Source of the DNA: Paramoeba atlantica
Taxonomy: Eukaryota; Protista; Discosea
Assembly (NCBI GenBank): GCA_977017575.1
Contig: CDRNVI010000007.1
Coordinates: 186,001 to 250,000 of the forward strand
Direction of reading: 5' to 3'
DNA: 64,000 nt
This document shows, piece after piece, positions 31,492-43,285 of the stretch; position 1 is the first letter of the stretch, and every line of letters starts with the position of its first letter. The notes beneath the pieces are model-generated. The model saw nothing but the letters and a program-made list of their open reading frames with translations, was not told the origin of the DNA and made no database searches. The translations under genes and the position numbers were made by a program.

Positions 31492-31915
31492 TTTTTGCGC
31501 AAGAACGGATATGTTTTTAACATCAGGTCTTCCTGATTTTAACTTTACTTTTTGACTACGAACGTGATGCTCAGCATGATAATTTTTGCTTTTTTTATGG
31601 TCATCATTCTTCTGCACTTGCAAATAACAGTTATTACAATGAGTAACAGCTTTACAAGTAGTCTATCTCTTTATTAATCGGTATTTTACAACTGGGAATT
31701 TAATTTGCGTCTTTCACTACATGGGCTTTGCTAATACGATCCAGTTCTATACTTCGCAGTTGACAGATACTTTTTTGATACGTAACCATGAAATGATGTC
31801 CCCGTATATGCGTATCTGTAGGCATCTATTTGTATACTACTGGACGTGAACCATACCTTTACATTTTTACCATACTGTAGGTTACTACGTGCTATATTAT
31901 TTTTCGGTACTACAA

Positions 31916-32893
31916 ATGGTTACTCTTCTAAGGCGCATGCATAGCTTTGGAAATCACGACCTGTTCTCGTTGTTTCGAAGAAGGCTTTCTACAGAATCAA
32001 AAAGCCTTATTCGAGAACTGCGCCACCTTACAAGTGCTTCACTAAATGATGTCATGAAAAGCGTTCAGACTTGCGGAATCGATAAGGACGAATGCATTAA
32101 TTGGTTGATCAAGAACGGAGGGGCTTCTGTTCGATCGCGTAGAACCGATTGCAAGTCACGGCATGGATTATTACTTTGTGGATCTCTTCCCAAATATGGT
32201 TGGATGATGGAAATAAACTTTGAAACTGACTTTGCCGCACGAAGTTCCCTTTTTCAATCTGCACTGCAGAACGTGACAGAGTATTTGTCATCGCACGAGT
32301 GGAAATTTGACCAACAAGATATTTCACAAGAGGGTATAATCACTGATTTAAATACTTACCTTGCAAAGTATCATAAATTTCTTGGTCCCCATTTTGAACA
32401 TCTAAGCACGCGCCTCAAGGAACGAGTCATCATGTCTCATTTTCAAATCCTTCACGAAGGATTACCCGTAATTTCTGTAACGGGGGGATACGCGCATCTA
32501 CCAGAAAATGTTGTCTTCAACAAGAAATACTCCCATGTAGCTGAGGTAGGAAAGCACACGGCAGTAGGTTTTTATGTACACAGCTTGAATGGATTTCTTC
32601 CCTCAGGTATGGGACATATGGCTTCTGTTGTACTTTTGCGGGGAAATGACACAAATTGTGAAAAATTTAACGAAAGTGCACGTTATATTGCGCAACACCG
32701 TGTTGCGACGATCGGCATGTATGGAGCTGACATGAAAGATCCTGAAAGCAACAACGATCAGGCTGCCAATATCGCACTGTGCAATCAAAAGTATATGGGA
32801 GCCGATAATATGGTTCAAGATTGGCTTAATGACAGGCATCCAGCGGGTGTCACAATACATACAAGTGTGCTCCGTGCTTTGGCTAGTAAGTGA
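31916..32893 (+). CDS. TSFM: Mitochondrial elongation factor Ts
   Basis: Targeting-peptide-like N-terminus, LIRELRHLTSASLNDV...INWL (EF-Ts N-domain) and EINFETDFAAR (E.N.ETDFVA motif). Confidence 0.85.
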   Translation: MVTLLRRMHSFGNHDLFSLFRRRLSTESKSLIRELRHLTSASLNDVMKSVQTCGIDKDECINWLIKNGGASVRSRRTDCKSRHGLLLCGSLPKYGWMMEINFETDFAARSSLFQSALQNVTEYLSSHEWKFDQQDISQEGIITDLNTYLAKYHKFLGPHFEHLSTRLKERVIMSHFQILHEGLPVISVTGGYAHLPENVVFNKKYSHVAEVGKHTAVGFYVHSLNGFLPSGMGHMASVVLLRGNDTNCEKFNESARYIAQHRVATIGMYGADMKDPESNNDQAANIALCNQKYMGADNMVQDWLNDRHPAGVTIHTSVLRALASK

Positions 32894-33825
32894 AAAATTT
32901 TGTCCACCATACATCTTGCGAACGTGTTTCATGCGGGTACTTGGTACATTACTTAGTATACAGGGGTATACTTAGGGTATTGTACCCTAAGGTATGTACT
33001 AAGGGTGTTAGGGATTTGCACCCTAAGTACCCTTAGGGTGTATACTTAGAGGGGTAACTCTGGGTGGGAGCGCCTGGAAGCGCCAAGGACCTTTGTCTTA
33101 ATATTTCTTTTCTTTTTCTTAATCTTTTTTGCTTCAGTTAGAGGATGTGGTAATCATGTTGTTGGAAAAATTTAACCTACAAGACTTTATCATGGTTTCG
33201 AGTGCATAAAATATTTTAGAATGTACCAGGGCGGTCATCCCCAGGTGTGGCGACCCCCCATTTTTTGATTTTTGTTTTCAATTTTGTACCAACGGAGCCG
33301 TTTTTTATCTTTTTTACACATGGCAGGCTAACTATGGAGTGTTCATTGTCACTGGTGAGCCTGCCCACACATCGCTCTTCTTTCTCAGAGGGTTGAAACT
33401 GGGTGGGAGCGCCTGGGAGCGTACCTCGTCCTTTGAGTTGAGAGTAGCCCGTACCCAGGAGGTCCACAAAAGTATGTTCGAACGTCCACCCACCAAGGGA
33501 AATACCCTTGGTACCGACCAAAGAGAATACCCCACTTCATTAATTTTAACAATTATAATAAATATTTATATTTATATAAATTTGATTTTTTGTTATAATT
33601 TATATTTATAGAAATTAATGGAGGGGGGAGTAACTCTATGATGAAAAATTCTTATCTGTCAATCCATTGATCAAATCTTATGATATCAACATTGCACGTC
33701 AAACTGATTTTGCCGCGTAAAGTTACAACTAGTATTATTATAGCCAAGAAGTGAATAAAATCTTGTATATAAACTCTTGTGTAAAAACATTTGTTGCAAT
33801 ATCTCCTAATAAGGTTTTGATATCA

Positions 33826-34494
33826 ATGATTAACGCTGTTTCGTTATTCGGTGCGCTACGTGCATCGGACGTACAATCTTCAGGCAATGCCCGTGCAGCT
33901 AAAATAAGCTCCGTTTCCGTACCACAGGAATACGATTTGATAAGACTGATTCAAAATGTGCAGAACAGACATCCTAGCTGGGATACCAACACGCCTGCCG
34001 GTGCGTGGGCTGGAGTTGTATGTGACGAAAGAAATCAAGCTACACATATTACTTGGTCGAATTACAAATTAAGTTCGTTAGTTTGGAAATATTTGCCTTC
34101 AAATTTACTTACTCTTCACGTACTGAGTTCTGAGCTTTGTGGGGAACTTCCCTTTGTGTTGTTTCCTCCGAGTTTAGAGGTGATTAATCTGTATAACAAT
34201 AAATTAACCGGTAATCTTGACCTGCTCCGGCTGCCGCCGTTACTGGAGAACTTGGATGTGGAAAAGAATATGTTTTTCGGGGTCGTCGATTTCTCATCAC
34301 TTCCGTCAACTTTGGCTGACGTAAGGCTGTCTCGGAACAGTGAACTCAAAGGTGTGTTCGATGTGGCACTGCACAGTCCGAATTTGACCTATGACTTTCG
34401 GCAAACGAACATTACGGTCTCGAACGGATGTCTATTTCGAGAATGTTCCGACGACGACAATGATCCGGTTTTCGACTTTGCGGTTTTCGATTGA
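33826..34494 (+). CDS. Leucine-rich repeat protein with plant-type LRR N-cap
   Basis: WAGVVCDE...ITW cap followed by LPx.L..L.L..N.L.G.LDL repeats. Confidence 0.85.
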   Translation: MINAVSLFGALRASDVQSSGNARAAKISSVSVPQEYDLIRLIQNVQNRHPSWDTNTPAGAWAGVVCDERNQATHITWSNYKLSSLVWKYLPSNLLTLHVLSSELCGELPFVLFPPSLEVINLYNNKLTGNLDLLRLPPLLENLDVEKNMFFGVVDFSSLPSTLADVRLSRNSELKGVFDVALHSPNLTYDFRQTNITVSNGCLFRECSDDDNDPVFDFAVFD

Positions 34495-36357
34495 TATACT
34501 GAGTATTGCGGTACACGGTCTATCAATGTATTGTATCACCATACAAGAGGTAACGCGCAGGTGATAGGGGCAATTTTAGAACTGGTGGCCTAGAAGGTGA
34601 GACAATCTGCGCCTGGAGATGTAAAGAAATTTGCTTTATTTGACTCTTTTACTTTATTCGCTCGTTTTTCTAATAGTTTTAGAAGTTCAAATAAGTTTTA
34701 GAAGTTCAAATAAGTTTTAGAAAAATTATTCGCTTGTTTTCAAAAAGATATTTAAAGAAAATACAGTATTTTCAAAATACGAATTGTGGGTTAAACTGAA
34801 CCAATATGCGCAATTTTGCAAATTTTCAAAAAAAAATCCTTTTTTTCTCGTATTTTAATCTTTTTTCAACTTGTACATGCTTACTTCTTACAAATGAACG
34901 CATGCACGGCATTGCTTCAAATTTACTAAAACTTGAAACAATGCATCACCCCCGTTACACTTTAAACTTCCGGTGCATACCTCTGCTTATGCTTGTATTC
35001 GGTACCCTTCTTTTCCAGCTTCCTACCTGTCCCGCTTCAGACGCTTTTTGGCCATAGAGTTAGCGCACTCCATAGTGCTCGTGTACACACCTTCAGTTGT
35101 AATCCACTATCTTTCGTGGCGAACACTTTCGCGTAGAGATAAATCGTGACGGGTGTCAGATAGAATTTTTATGCGACTTCCTGAAGCAAGATTCTCGATG
35201 TTTGGAGAAGAGGATTCTGGAACGTTCTATTCGGAACAGAGTCCATATAGATAATTTGCGGTTCTTCTATTCTCTCGATGGTTCTTGTTACAAATCACTT
35301 TCTGCGCCACTGGAGAGTGCTTTCGCATCCTTTTAAGACATTGATTCTCACTCCTGGAGAACTTTTTTCTAATGATACTTCTTGAACGACACGAGAATCT
35401 TAACGCATCCAGTGCGCGCCATTAAAAGGTGAGAAGGTTGATAAAGAAGTATAAACGAATTCAAAAAACACACCGTTTATATAAAATTAATGTACAAAAA
35501 CAAAATTCATCATAAAAAAGGGGCGGAAAAATGTTCAAGTAAACTTTTTTCTACCAGAAATGAGAAAAGTGCGAATATTGGTTCAGTTTCACCGAATTGT
35601 GTCTACACATCATTTTTGGTACGAGACATGAAACAATCTCGGATCCGAAGAACTCAGCACTCCCAAGAACTCCACTCGGATCCGAAGAACTCCCAAAATG
35701 TTTGCGAACCTCGTGCTCCAACCGACCCACCAAGTTCTCCCGATACAAATCGCTGCAAACGTGGCGGTGCTCCCATTCGCGAGGCTTAAGCAAATGTTCT
35801 TGTGGTAAATCATAGGCACTCGGATCGTAGCCTCCGGCGCCGCGGTACGCATTTCCAGTTTCATGGCTTCTGTAGTTTGAGTCGCGATTCGTTCGATGAT
35901 ACTCTCTAGGGAGGTTAATCTTGCCTCACTCGTTCCAGGTGCTCTTCCATCTTTCGCATGACTCTATTGTTTTCCACGAGTTGCAGGGCGAAGGCGACAA
36001 GAGGGGCCTGACCGTCGGACATTCGATGTACGATTTTTGTTGTTAGTTTCCAGGAAACGTAATCTCTCAAATGTATACATATTTACAAAGAAAGCCCAAG
36101 AGAAATACATGATTTTTATGCTATAAAAAATCTTCTGCTGAAAATTTCTTTTTTAAGTAGAACCTAGTTTTAGAAAAGCTTGTTCGTTTGTTTTCAAAAA
36201 AATGTTTGAAGAAAATACGAATTGTGTCTACACATCATTTTTGGTACAATTGAGGTTTTACGAGCCATGAAACAATCTTTCATCGTCAAATCCCATCAAG
36301 GGATAAGACGGATATTCCGGACAAATACCCTCTAGAAGCGGGTCCGTAACCGACCGC

Positions 36358-39300
36358 ATGGAAAATCCAAATCCGCAGCTCGCGTCCCACGATCACAATG
36401 AGCGCATAGAGAGTACCTCCACTTCCTCCTCCATCCTCTCCGCGCGAAGTTTTGACCCCACCCCAGGGGGTCCCCTCTCCGGGGAACCCTACGCCATCTC
36501 CCTCTCCAGCACCCTACGCGTCTCCTACGCCAAAACCGTCCAAAAGGAGCTACGCATCCTCTCCTTCACCACCACCGCGAACCAAGCCTGTGGTTTCTGT
36601 TCCAACCTGATCCACACCGCGCGGTACGGACTGAACCCACTCCGTCTCGACTTCCTCCTGTGGAAGAACCTCTACGAGCAGTTCCACCGGCTCACCAACG
36701 TGTACTTTCTGTTCATTGCGGTGCTGCAGCTGATTCCGCATCTCAGCCCAACGGGGCGGTTCACGACGCTGGTCCCTCTAACCTGTGTGCTTGCGTTGAC
36801 GCTGGCCAAGGACAGTTACGAGGACTGGCAACGGCGGGTACGGGACCGGGAGTTGAACCACCGCCCGGCCACGGTATTTCGCGACGCCCAGTGGCGCCAT
36901 GTGCGGTGGCAGGATGTGCAGGTCGGGGATGTGGTCAAATGCGTCCCGGGGAGGGCCTTCCCGGTGGATATGGTGGTGCTGTGGAGCAGTAACCCCCATG
37001 GGGTGTGTTACATGGAGACCGCGAGCCTGGATGGGGAGAGTTCGTTAAAGGTACGTAGCGCGCCATCGGGGGTTCGTGAGGTTTTTGATCCTCTAGGTGT
37101 TCATACGTTTCAAGGTACACTGGTGTGTGAGCCCCCGAATGAGAGAATTTTTCATTTCGAGGGAACGCTTTTCCATAGCAGCGCGAACAGTGAGGTGCTG
37201 GAGACTCCTCTTGGGGATGAAAATTTTGTTCCCAGAGGAGCTGCCCTGCGAAATACGCGTGAAGCTTATGGGGTGGCTGTGTATACGGGTTCCGATACAA
37301 AGCTGATGCGCAATACCAAAAAGAAGAGGCATAAAGTATCTACTTTGGAGAAAAAGGCCAATTACCAAGTTCGATTTATGCTCCTCCTGGTGTGCCTTCT
37401 GAGTGTTGTGTGTACTGTGTGCTCGTTTATTGCGGAAGCAAGCGGTACTACACCCTGGTACTTGGAAGAGGTAACAAATAGTAGCTTATTGGGGCACGCA
37501 TTCGCGTCGTTCTTTAGTTTCATCATTCTTTTTAACACTCTGATCCCAATTTCCCTTTACGTATCGTTGGAAGTGGTGAAGATTCTACAGGCCAAACGCA
37601 TACAAAATGACCCCGAGCTTTATGACGCCGATCAAAATATACCCACCGTTGTGCAAACATGTTCGCTGAATGAAGAATTGGGCCAAGTATCGCAGATTTT
37701 CACCGACAAAACTGGCACTCTGACGCGAAATCGGATGGAGTTCATTAAATTCGCCTACCTGGCCAGCGTTGGTGGAGAAACGGAAGTTATTATCAGGCCT
37801 CTTCCTAAAGATGGGCAATCTTTGGTGTCCACGAAAGATGGTCCTGCGGAATCTTGTTCTAACGTTGATCATCCGCAACTACCCACTCTGCAACCTGACT
37901 TGTGGGTGGGTTCCATAAGAAATTGTACTCCGTTTCTTATCTGTGCGTCATTGTGCCACACAGTCCTCGCCGAAGTTGATCCTAAATCAGGAAGTTCTGT
38001 GTACAGTGCATCTTCACCTGATGAAGAATGTCTTGTTCATGGTCTCACTGCATGTGGAATAAAGCTTCTGTGGAGAACAGAAAATAGAATGGTGATTTTT
38101 TCTGGCAAACAAGAACAACAGTGGGAAATACTTCACGTTTTAGAATTTACCTCGGAACGGAAACGTATGAGTATTATACTTCGAGGCAAGGACCAAAGGA
38201 TCTTTCTTTTTTGTAAGGGGGCAGATGATGTGATATTGTCTAGAGTTACATCTCCGCCTTCGGTAATTGAAAAACTACAAAAAACAATTTGTCACTTTTC
38301 GGAAGAGGGATTGCGAACGCTGGTTTTCGCTTTTCGGGTACTAGACCATAAACAGTACCAAAATTGGAGTTTGCGCTACCATTCTGCTTGTGCGTCTCTG
38401 CAAAATCGGAAAAAAATGGTAGAAAAGCTAACCGATGAGATGGAATGTTCTATGTCTCTCCTAGGGGCTAGTGCACTAGAAGACGAATTACAACAATCTG
38501 TTCCTGAAACAATCCAACTCTTGAAACGAGCGGGAATCGAATTTTGGATGCTCACGGGAGATAAACGAGAGACCGCGGTGAGTATTGCGCACTCATGCGG
38601 CCTTCTCAATTCGAATATGCAGCTTCTTGAAATAAAGAGCGTGCGACCTCGATGTGTCATAGAAAGCACCATAAATTCACATATTGCGCATATTATGAAG
38701 GAAAATAATGCCTGTGGGTTATTGCTGGAAGGCTCTGCATTGGAATGTCTTTTAAAAAAGGATATCAAATATCATTATCGAGCCTCCCTACTATACGAGT
38801 TATGCACTCTCTGCAGGTCAATTGTGTGCTATCGCATCTCACCGCTTCAAAAAGCACAAGTTGTGGATCTTGCTAAGTCCTACAGCAACAATATTACGTT
38901 ATCCATAGGTGACGGAGGAAACGATGTCAGTATGATTCGAACGGCGCATGTGGGAGTGGGCATATGCGGTCATGAGGGACTACAAGCCGCTCGGTCAGCG
39001 GACTACAGTGTGGCCCAATTTCGATTTCTTTCAAGGCTACTACTGGTTCACGGACATTGGAACTATCGCCGCATTAGCAAATTGGTGCTATACAGCTTCT
39101 ATAAAAACATTGTGCTCCAATTTGCCCAATTTTTGTATTGCTTCAGTAATGCTTTTACGGGTCAAAGTTTGTATGAGCCATGGGCTCTTGCACTTTACAA
39201 CGTTGCGTTCGCTGCTTTTCCGATTATGGTTTTGGGTATATTTGATGAGAACTGCACCGATCGTGTGCTTTTGCAAGAGGTGGAGAGGTACTACCCACGT

Positions 39301-39897
39301 GGACCTCAAAATAAATATTTCAACCCAAGGATATTTTGGTCATACACGCTAAATGGGATTTACCACTGCTTGTTTTTGCACTTTCTTGTTCATTACTCGG
39401 CGTTTGGCACTATTTCCGCCCCCGACGGAAGAATCCTATCTTTACATGCGTGTGGTTTCATTGCGTACTCGTGTTCTGTTTTTCTTATTACTGCAAAAGT
39501 GGCGTTAGAGACACGAAATTTTGGGTTACCGAGCCTTTTTGCTGTTTTTGGCAGTCTTGCTGCATGGTATATTTTTTGGTTTCTCTACGGCAGCGCCTTG
39601 GGTGCATTTTCGAGCCCACGAGTTCAAGCGGTGGGTTTTGATGCTTACTACATTCCGCACAATACTCTCTCATTTCCCTTGCCTTGGCTACTTACTTTAC
39701 TCATAGTCACGGTGGTGCCTATGCGAGACATTTTGTGGAAGTGTCGATCTCGTTCATTTGCTTCTACTGTCGGCCTAGGCATCGGGAAATTCTTCGAAAA
39801 AACTTGGACAATTTGTATTCGGACGCTGAAACGTACCTGTAAGCCCTTCTATTGGTCGACTAAAGAGCCTATATTTCGCCTAGACGTCAGGGGCTAA
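36358..39897 (+). CDS. P4-type ATPase (phospholipid flippase)
   Basis: DKTGTLT phosphorylation site, LDGES, PISLYVS, WMLTGDKRETA and IGDGGNDVSMI motifs, with multiple TM helices. Confidence 0.97.
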   Translation: MENPNPQLASHDHNERIESTSTSSSILSARSFDPTPGGPLSGEPYAISLSSTLRVSYAKTVQKELRILSFTTTANQACGFCSNLIHTARYGLNPLRLDFLLWKNLYEQFHRLTNVYFLFIAVLQLIPHLSPTGRFTTLVPLTCVLALTLAKDSYEDWQRRVRDRELNHRPATVFRDAQWRHVRWQDVQVGDVVKCVPGRAFPVDMVVLWSSNPHGVCYMETASLDGESSLKVRSAPSGVREVFDPLGVHTFQGTLVCEPPNERIFHFEGTLFHSSANSEVLETPLGDENFVPRGAALRNTREAYGVAVYTGSDTKLMRNTKKKRHKVSTLEKKANYQVRFMLLLVCLLSVVCTVCSFIAEASGTTPWYLEEVTNSSLLGHAFASFFSFIILFNTLIPISLYVSLEVVKILQAKRIQNDPELYDADQNIPTVVQTCSLNEELGQVSQIFTDKTGTLTRNRMEFIKFAYLASVGGETEVIIRPLPKDGQSLVSTKDGPAESCSNVDHPQLPTLQPDLWVGSIRNCTPFLICASLCHTVLAEVDPKSGSSVYSASSPDEECLVHGLTACGIKLLWRTENRMVIFSGKQEQQWEILHVLEFTSERKRMSIILRGKDQRIFLFCKGADDVILSRVTSPPSVIEKLQKTICHFSEEGLRTLVFAFRVLDHKQYQNWSLRYHSACASLQNRKKMVEKLTDEMECSMSLLGASALEDELQQSVPETIQLLKRAGIEFWMLTGDKRETAVSIAHSCGLLNSNMQLLEIKSVRPRCVIESTINSHIAHIMKENNACGLLLEGSALECLLKKDIKYHYRASLLYELCTLCRSIVCYRISPLQKAQVVDLAKSYSNNITLSIGDGGNDVSMIRTAHVGVGICGHEGLQAARSADYSVAQFRFLSRLLLVHGHWNYRRISKLVLYSFYKNIVLQFAQFLYCFSNAFTGQSLYEPWALALYNVAFAAFPIMVLGIFDENCTDRVLLQEVERYYPRGPQNKYFNPRIFWSYTLNGIYHCLFLHFLVHYSAFGTISAPDGRILSLHACGFIAYSCSVFLITAKVALETRNFGLPSLFAVFGSLAAWYIFWFLYGSALGAFSSPRVQAVGFDAYYIPHNTLSFPLPWLLTLLIVTVVPMRDILWKCRSRSFASTVGLGIGKFFEKTWTICIRTLKRTCKPFYWSTKEPIFRLDVRG

Positions 39898-40056
39898 TTA
39901 TCATTTTCTCGTTTTAGTATTCGCTGTATTTCAATTAATATTCAAATTCTTATCCCTTATTCTTGCTATCACTTTGACTTCATACATAGTAGCTCTCATT
40001 GTGTTAGCGTTTAATTTGTATTTTACGTGTAACTTACAACACACAGGTAACTGTAA

Positions 40057-40899
40057 ATGTCAGAGAAATCCTACGAGTGCGACGCTTCTGTGACTTTTGG
40101 TATGCCCACGAAAGCGCTCTGTTCCGTGAACTACTCGCTTCGCGACACCAAGCTATATGTATCCCTCAGAGGCCCTAGTTATGATCGTGTACAAGCAAAA
40201 CCAAACGAGGGTGTGTTCCAGGTACATATTACTCGGTCTAGCACCGCCTTAGCGGCCGGAGGGGGAGGAAGAATTACCACCAACATTCTACGACGACAAC
40301 ACAAAATGGAAGACTGCCTTTTATGCGAACGCATACAGGAAACGCTGGGGCGCATCTTGCACCACGTTGTGTACTCACGAATGGTGTTCTCCTTTGCCAT
40401 TCATGTTCTTGACGATCAGGGTTGTCTCATGAGCGCAATGCTGAATGGCTGTATGGCGTGTCTCCTGGAGGCAGGAATTGCGTGCACGACTACTTTAGTC
40501 TCTCACACGCTAATGGTCCAACGAAGTGGCTCGTTAAACAAGTCGTCATGCAAGACCTCACGAGATGCAAATCGTACTCTTCGAAATGTGATTATCAATC
40601 CAACGAAATCGGAACTCGAAGTCCTGGCGTCTGGAAATGAAGATATTTCAGGATTGAATGATTTGAATACGGTTTTACATTTTTTTATTGTAGCGCACAC
40701 GCACGACGGTGCGCTTATTTATTCTGAGTGCCAGAGCGAAACTTCTAAAGTCGATGAAAAAGGCTTTGCAGAAGAATCTTCCTTGTTCAAGGACCTAGAA
40801 GATGAAATACGACCTAGGGTTCCCGAGTACTCGCGCTGGATCAGACATGAACTCTCGAAATATTACAGCAGTGGAATTTTGGGGCTTTCTGTTTCGTAA
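40057..40899 (+). CDS. RRP46: Exosome RNase PH-like subunit, most similar to Rrp46
   Basis: RNase PH-fold pattern: AS.TFG..KALCSV...GP and VYSR..FSFAIHVLDDQG.LMSA.LNG.M..LLEAGI. Confidence 0.7.
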   Translation: MSEKSYECDASVTFGMPTKALCSVNYSLRDTKLYVSLRGPSYDRVQAKPNEGVFQVHITRSSTALAAGGGGRITTNILRRQHKMEDCLLCERIQETLGRILHHVVYSRMVFSFAIHVLDDQGCLMSAMLNGCMACLLEAGIACTTTLVSHTLMVQRSGSLNKSSCKTSRDANRTLRNVIINPTKSELEVLASGNEDISGLNDLNTVLHFFIVAHTHDGALIYSECQSETSKVDEKGFAEESSLFKDLEDEIRPRVPEYSRWIRHELSKYYSSGILGLSVS

Positions 40900-42553
40900 A
40901 AAACAATATGTATTTCGAGTAGTATGATCTTATTCATATAAAATTAATCTTTCGTTTCAGTCTTTGTACCCCATATAACACTTGCAATCGGGGTAAAAGG
41001 TTTCTGAATGTAAAAGAGTCCCTTTTGCGTGCAAATTTTTCATCATGAAACTTTATACAAAGCATGAAGATTCACAGAGCATGAAGCCAGCGGTATCATC
41101 TGCAATTTTCTTACATGTTAAATCCTTTTTCGTTTAATTTTTTTGTAATTAATTTCTTTAACTCTTTTAATTTAGCTAATGCATGTAATGCTTTGCATGC
41201 TGAATATGTTCACTTGAGGGGTATTGAAGCCTCGCGAAATTTCGCCCCACTTTCCTCACTCGGAATGTCGCACATGAGAATTCTTCCGTGAAAGACCTTG
41301 TGCACTCTGACGATTTTATCCAGAGGCTCTACTTCAGAAAAACCTTTACAAAAAGAGCGATCTGTTACCGTGCTGTCGCTGCCTGCACTGAATAATAATG
41401 TTGAAAATTCCCCATTTTATTGCCACTTAAATTGCTTCTGATCTACAGAAGTGTAGCTTGTAGCTGTTGCCTCGGCCGGAACCATCCCCCTTTGACATGT
41501 TTGCTCGATAATTTTGACTATTTATTAGTTTGGAAAAATAGCGCTTAAACGGGGGGGACAGTATATTAATATTCATTGTTCGACAGTGTCGACTATATAG
41601 TGCTGACGTCCTTTTCCTCCTCGAATATCAATCAATGCGTCACAGGAATTCGCTTCAATATCTGTCTTCTTGAGATTCACTGCTCCTCTTCTCATTGATT
41701 TCTATAAATGCCATTCCCGAACTTTTCAGAAAAAAAATATAGATTTTCGAAAAATTATGTTTTTGAAGAAAAAAACAGGAAAAACTACGATAGAGGGGAG
41801 AACACGGCAGAAAGATCTGACCCTCACCCCCGACAAGGACCTTGGATCTCACGTTCTGCGATAGCTTATCGCAGAAAATTAGCGTTTTTCCACCAGGGAG
41901 GATCACTAATCAGGACTTTTTGCCTAGCCATTCCCAGTAAAGTATTTCTATAAATAAATATAAATTTTCTTTTTTGTTATAAGCTATATTTATAGAAATT
42001 AATGAGAGGAGTAGTAGTTCGCTGTGATGCTGAAGTCCGAAATACGCAACGGCGAAGCCTTGACCATACGTGAGTTCGCCTTGGTCTTTACAGTAATTTA
42101 GTCATAGACCGCATTTTCGTGAGTGTGATCGAGCCTCGAGGTTTGGGCTGGAGACAGATATTTAGGACGCCTTTGAATCGTCTGCGGAAGCGCAAGGTCT
42201 GCGACCAAATTGATCTTCCCATTGCCGCCAAACTACAGCGGCATGGTAGGATTCCAAGTAGATCCTCGATAGAAGCGTGACAAGCTGAGATACAGCGCTA
42301 AGAGCGGCGTTGAGAAGGCATGCTATTGTAAACGAAATTTATAGAATATTCCTATTGATGGAAACAACATGTTTTACACCCTTTCGTCTAGTGTTACAAC
42401 TACGACCCGTGTGGGTCAAGAGAGTCCCGAGACTTCTGAATGTTTTTTGTTTATCATGCAGTATGACTGCACAGATTGTCACCTAAGAGAAATACACGTA
42501 GATCATGCATAAACCCCGCACAAAACGGGTTTCCCTTAAGCTTTTCATCATCG

Positions 42554-43276
42554 CTATATGCTGGCTTCCGTCCAGCTCGGGTTATCGCGGTTTTGAAAAA
42601 TCGCGAAACTTCCTCGTATTGCTCTTTTGACAAGCTTCTGTCGACATTGCGAGGCGGTGGCCTTGCTACCTCCGAAAAGTGAGTTGAGCGCTCGCGTAGA
42701 GGAGTTGAGCTTCCCTCTGGCCCCCACTTCGATGACAAGAAGAAAGGTTGCCGGGTTAGTCATTTTCCTTTCGAGAAACAGATTCCCGTACTTCCGCACT
42801 TTCCGCTCATGTGAGGATAAAAAGTTTTCCTCCCACGGAGAAGTGAGCTCAAGTATGAACTCAGTACCATTATGTAGCTTGATCCACCCATCAGGTCTAA
42901 GGGCCGTGTCCTGTTGACTTAGCCATGTTGGGGGGTTTCGGTAAAGAGAAAGATCAAAGTGGTACTGCGCTGTTTCTGGGGATGCTCTTACGGCATCTGC
43001 GATAGCGTGGAGTATAAGATCATGGCGGAACGTGTAGCGGCCCTGTTCAAGGGCCACCTTGCACCCTGTGAGGACATGTCGAACTGTCTGCACCTCCTCA
43101 TTGCAAATGGGACACTTTGTGTCCGTGTGCGTACTTAGACCCCAACGACGCAGTGCTGAACGAGTAGGTAGTGGTGTTTGGGCCAACACAGATGCAGTAA
43201 ACCGGGAGAGTGCCTCACTGTTGATGTTACATACCGCAGCAGCAAAGTCTTTCGCAAGTTCGTCCTCAGTGGCCAT
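42554..43276 (-). CDS. CCHC finger plus restriction-like endonuclease, in frame with the upstream RT ORF past a single TAG
   Basis: LPTRSALRRWG..CPIC..TVRHVLTGC..GRYTFRHD..RPDG..ELTSP..K.RKY..EVGARG. Confidence 0.9.
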   Translation of the reverse strand: MATEDELAKDFAAAVCNINSEALSRFTASVLAQTPLPTRSALRRWGLSTHTDTKCPICNEEVQTVRHVLTGCKVALEQGRYTFRHDLILHAIADAVRASPETAQYHFDLSLYRNPPTWLSQQDTALRPDGWIKLHNGTEFILELTSPWEENFLSSHERKVRKYGNLFLERKMTNPATFLLVIEVGARGKLNSSTRALNSLFGGSKATASQCRQKLVKRAIRGSFAIFQNRDNPSWTEASI

Positions 43277-43285
43277 ACGGAACCA

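Noticed and set aside
32960-33050. TTAGGG/CCCTAA hexamers as an interstitial telomere
   Set aside because: The hexamers are scattered in both orientations rather than tandem, which fits a local palindromic AT-rich patch better.
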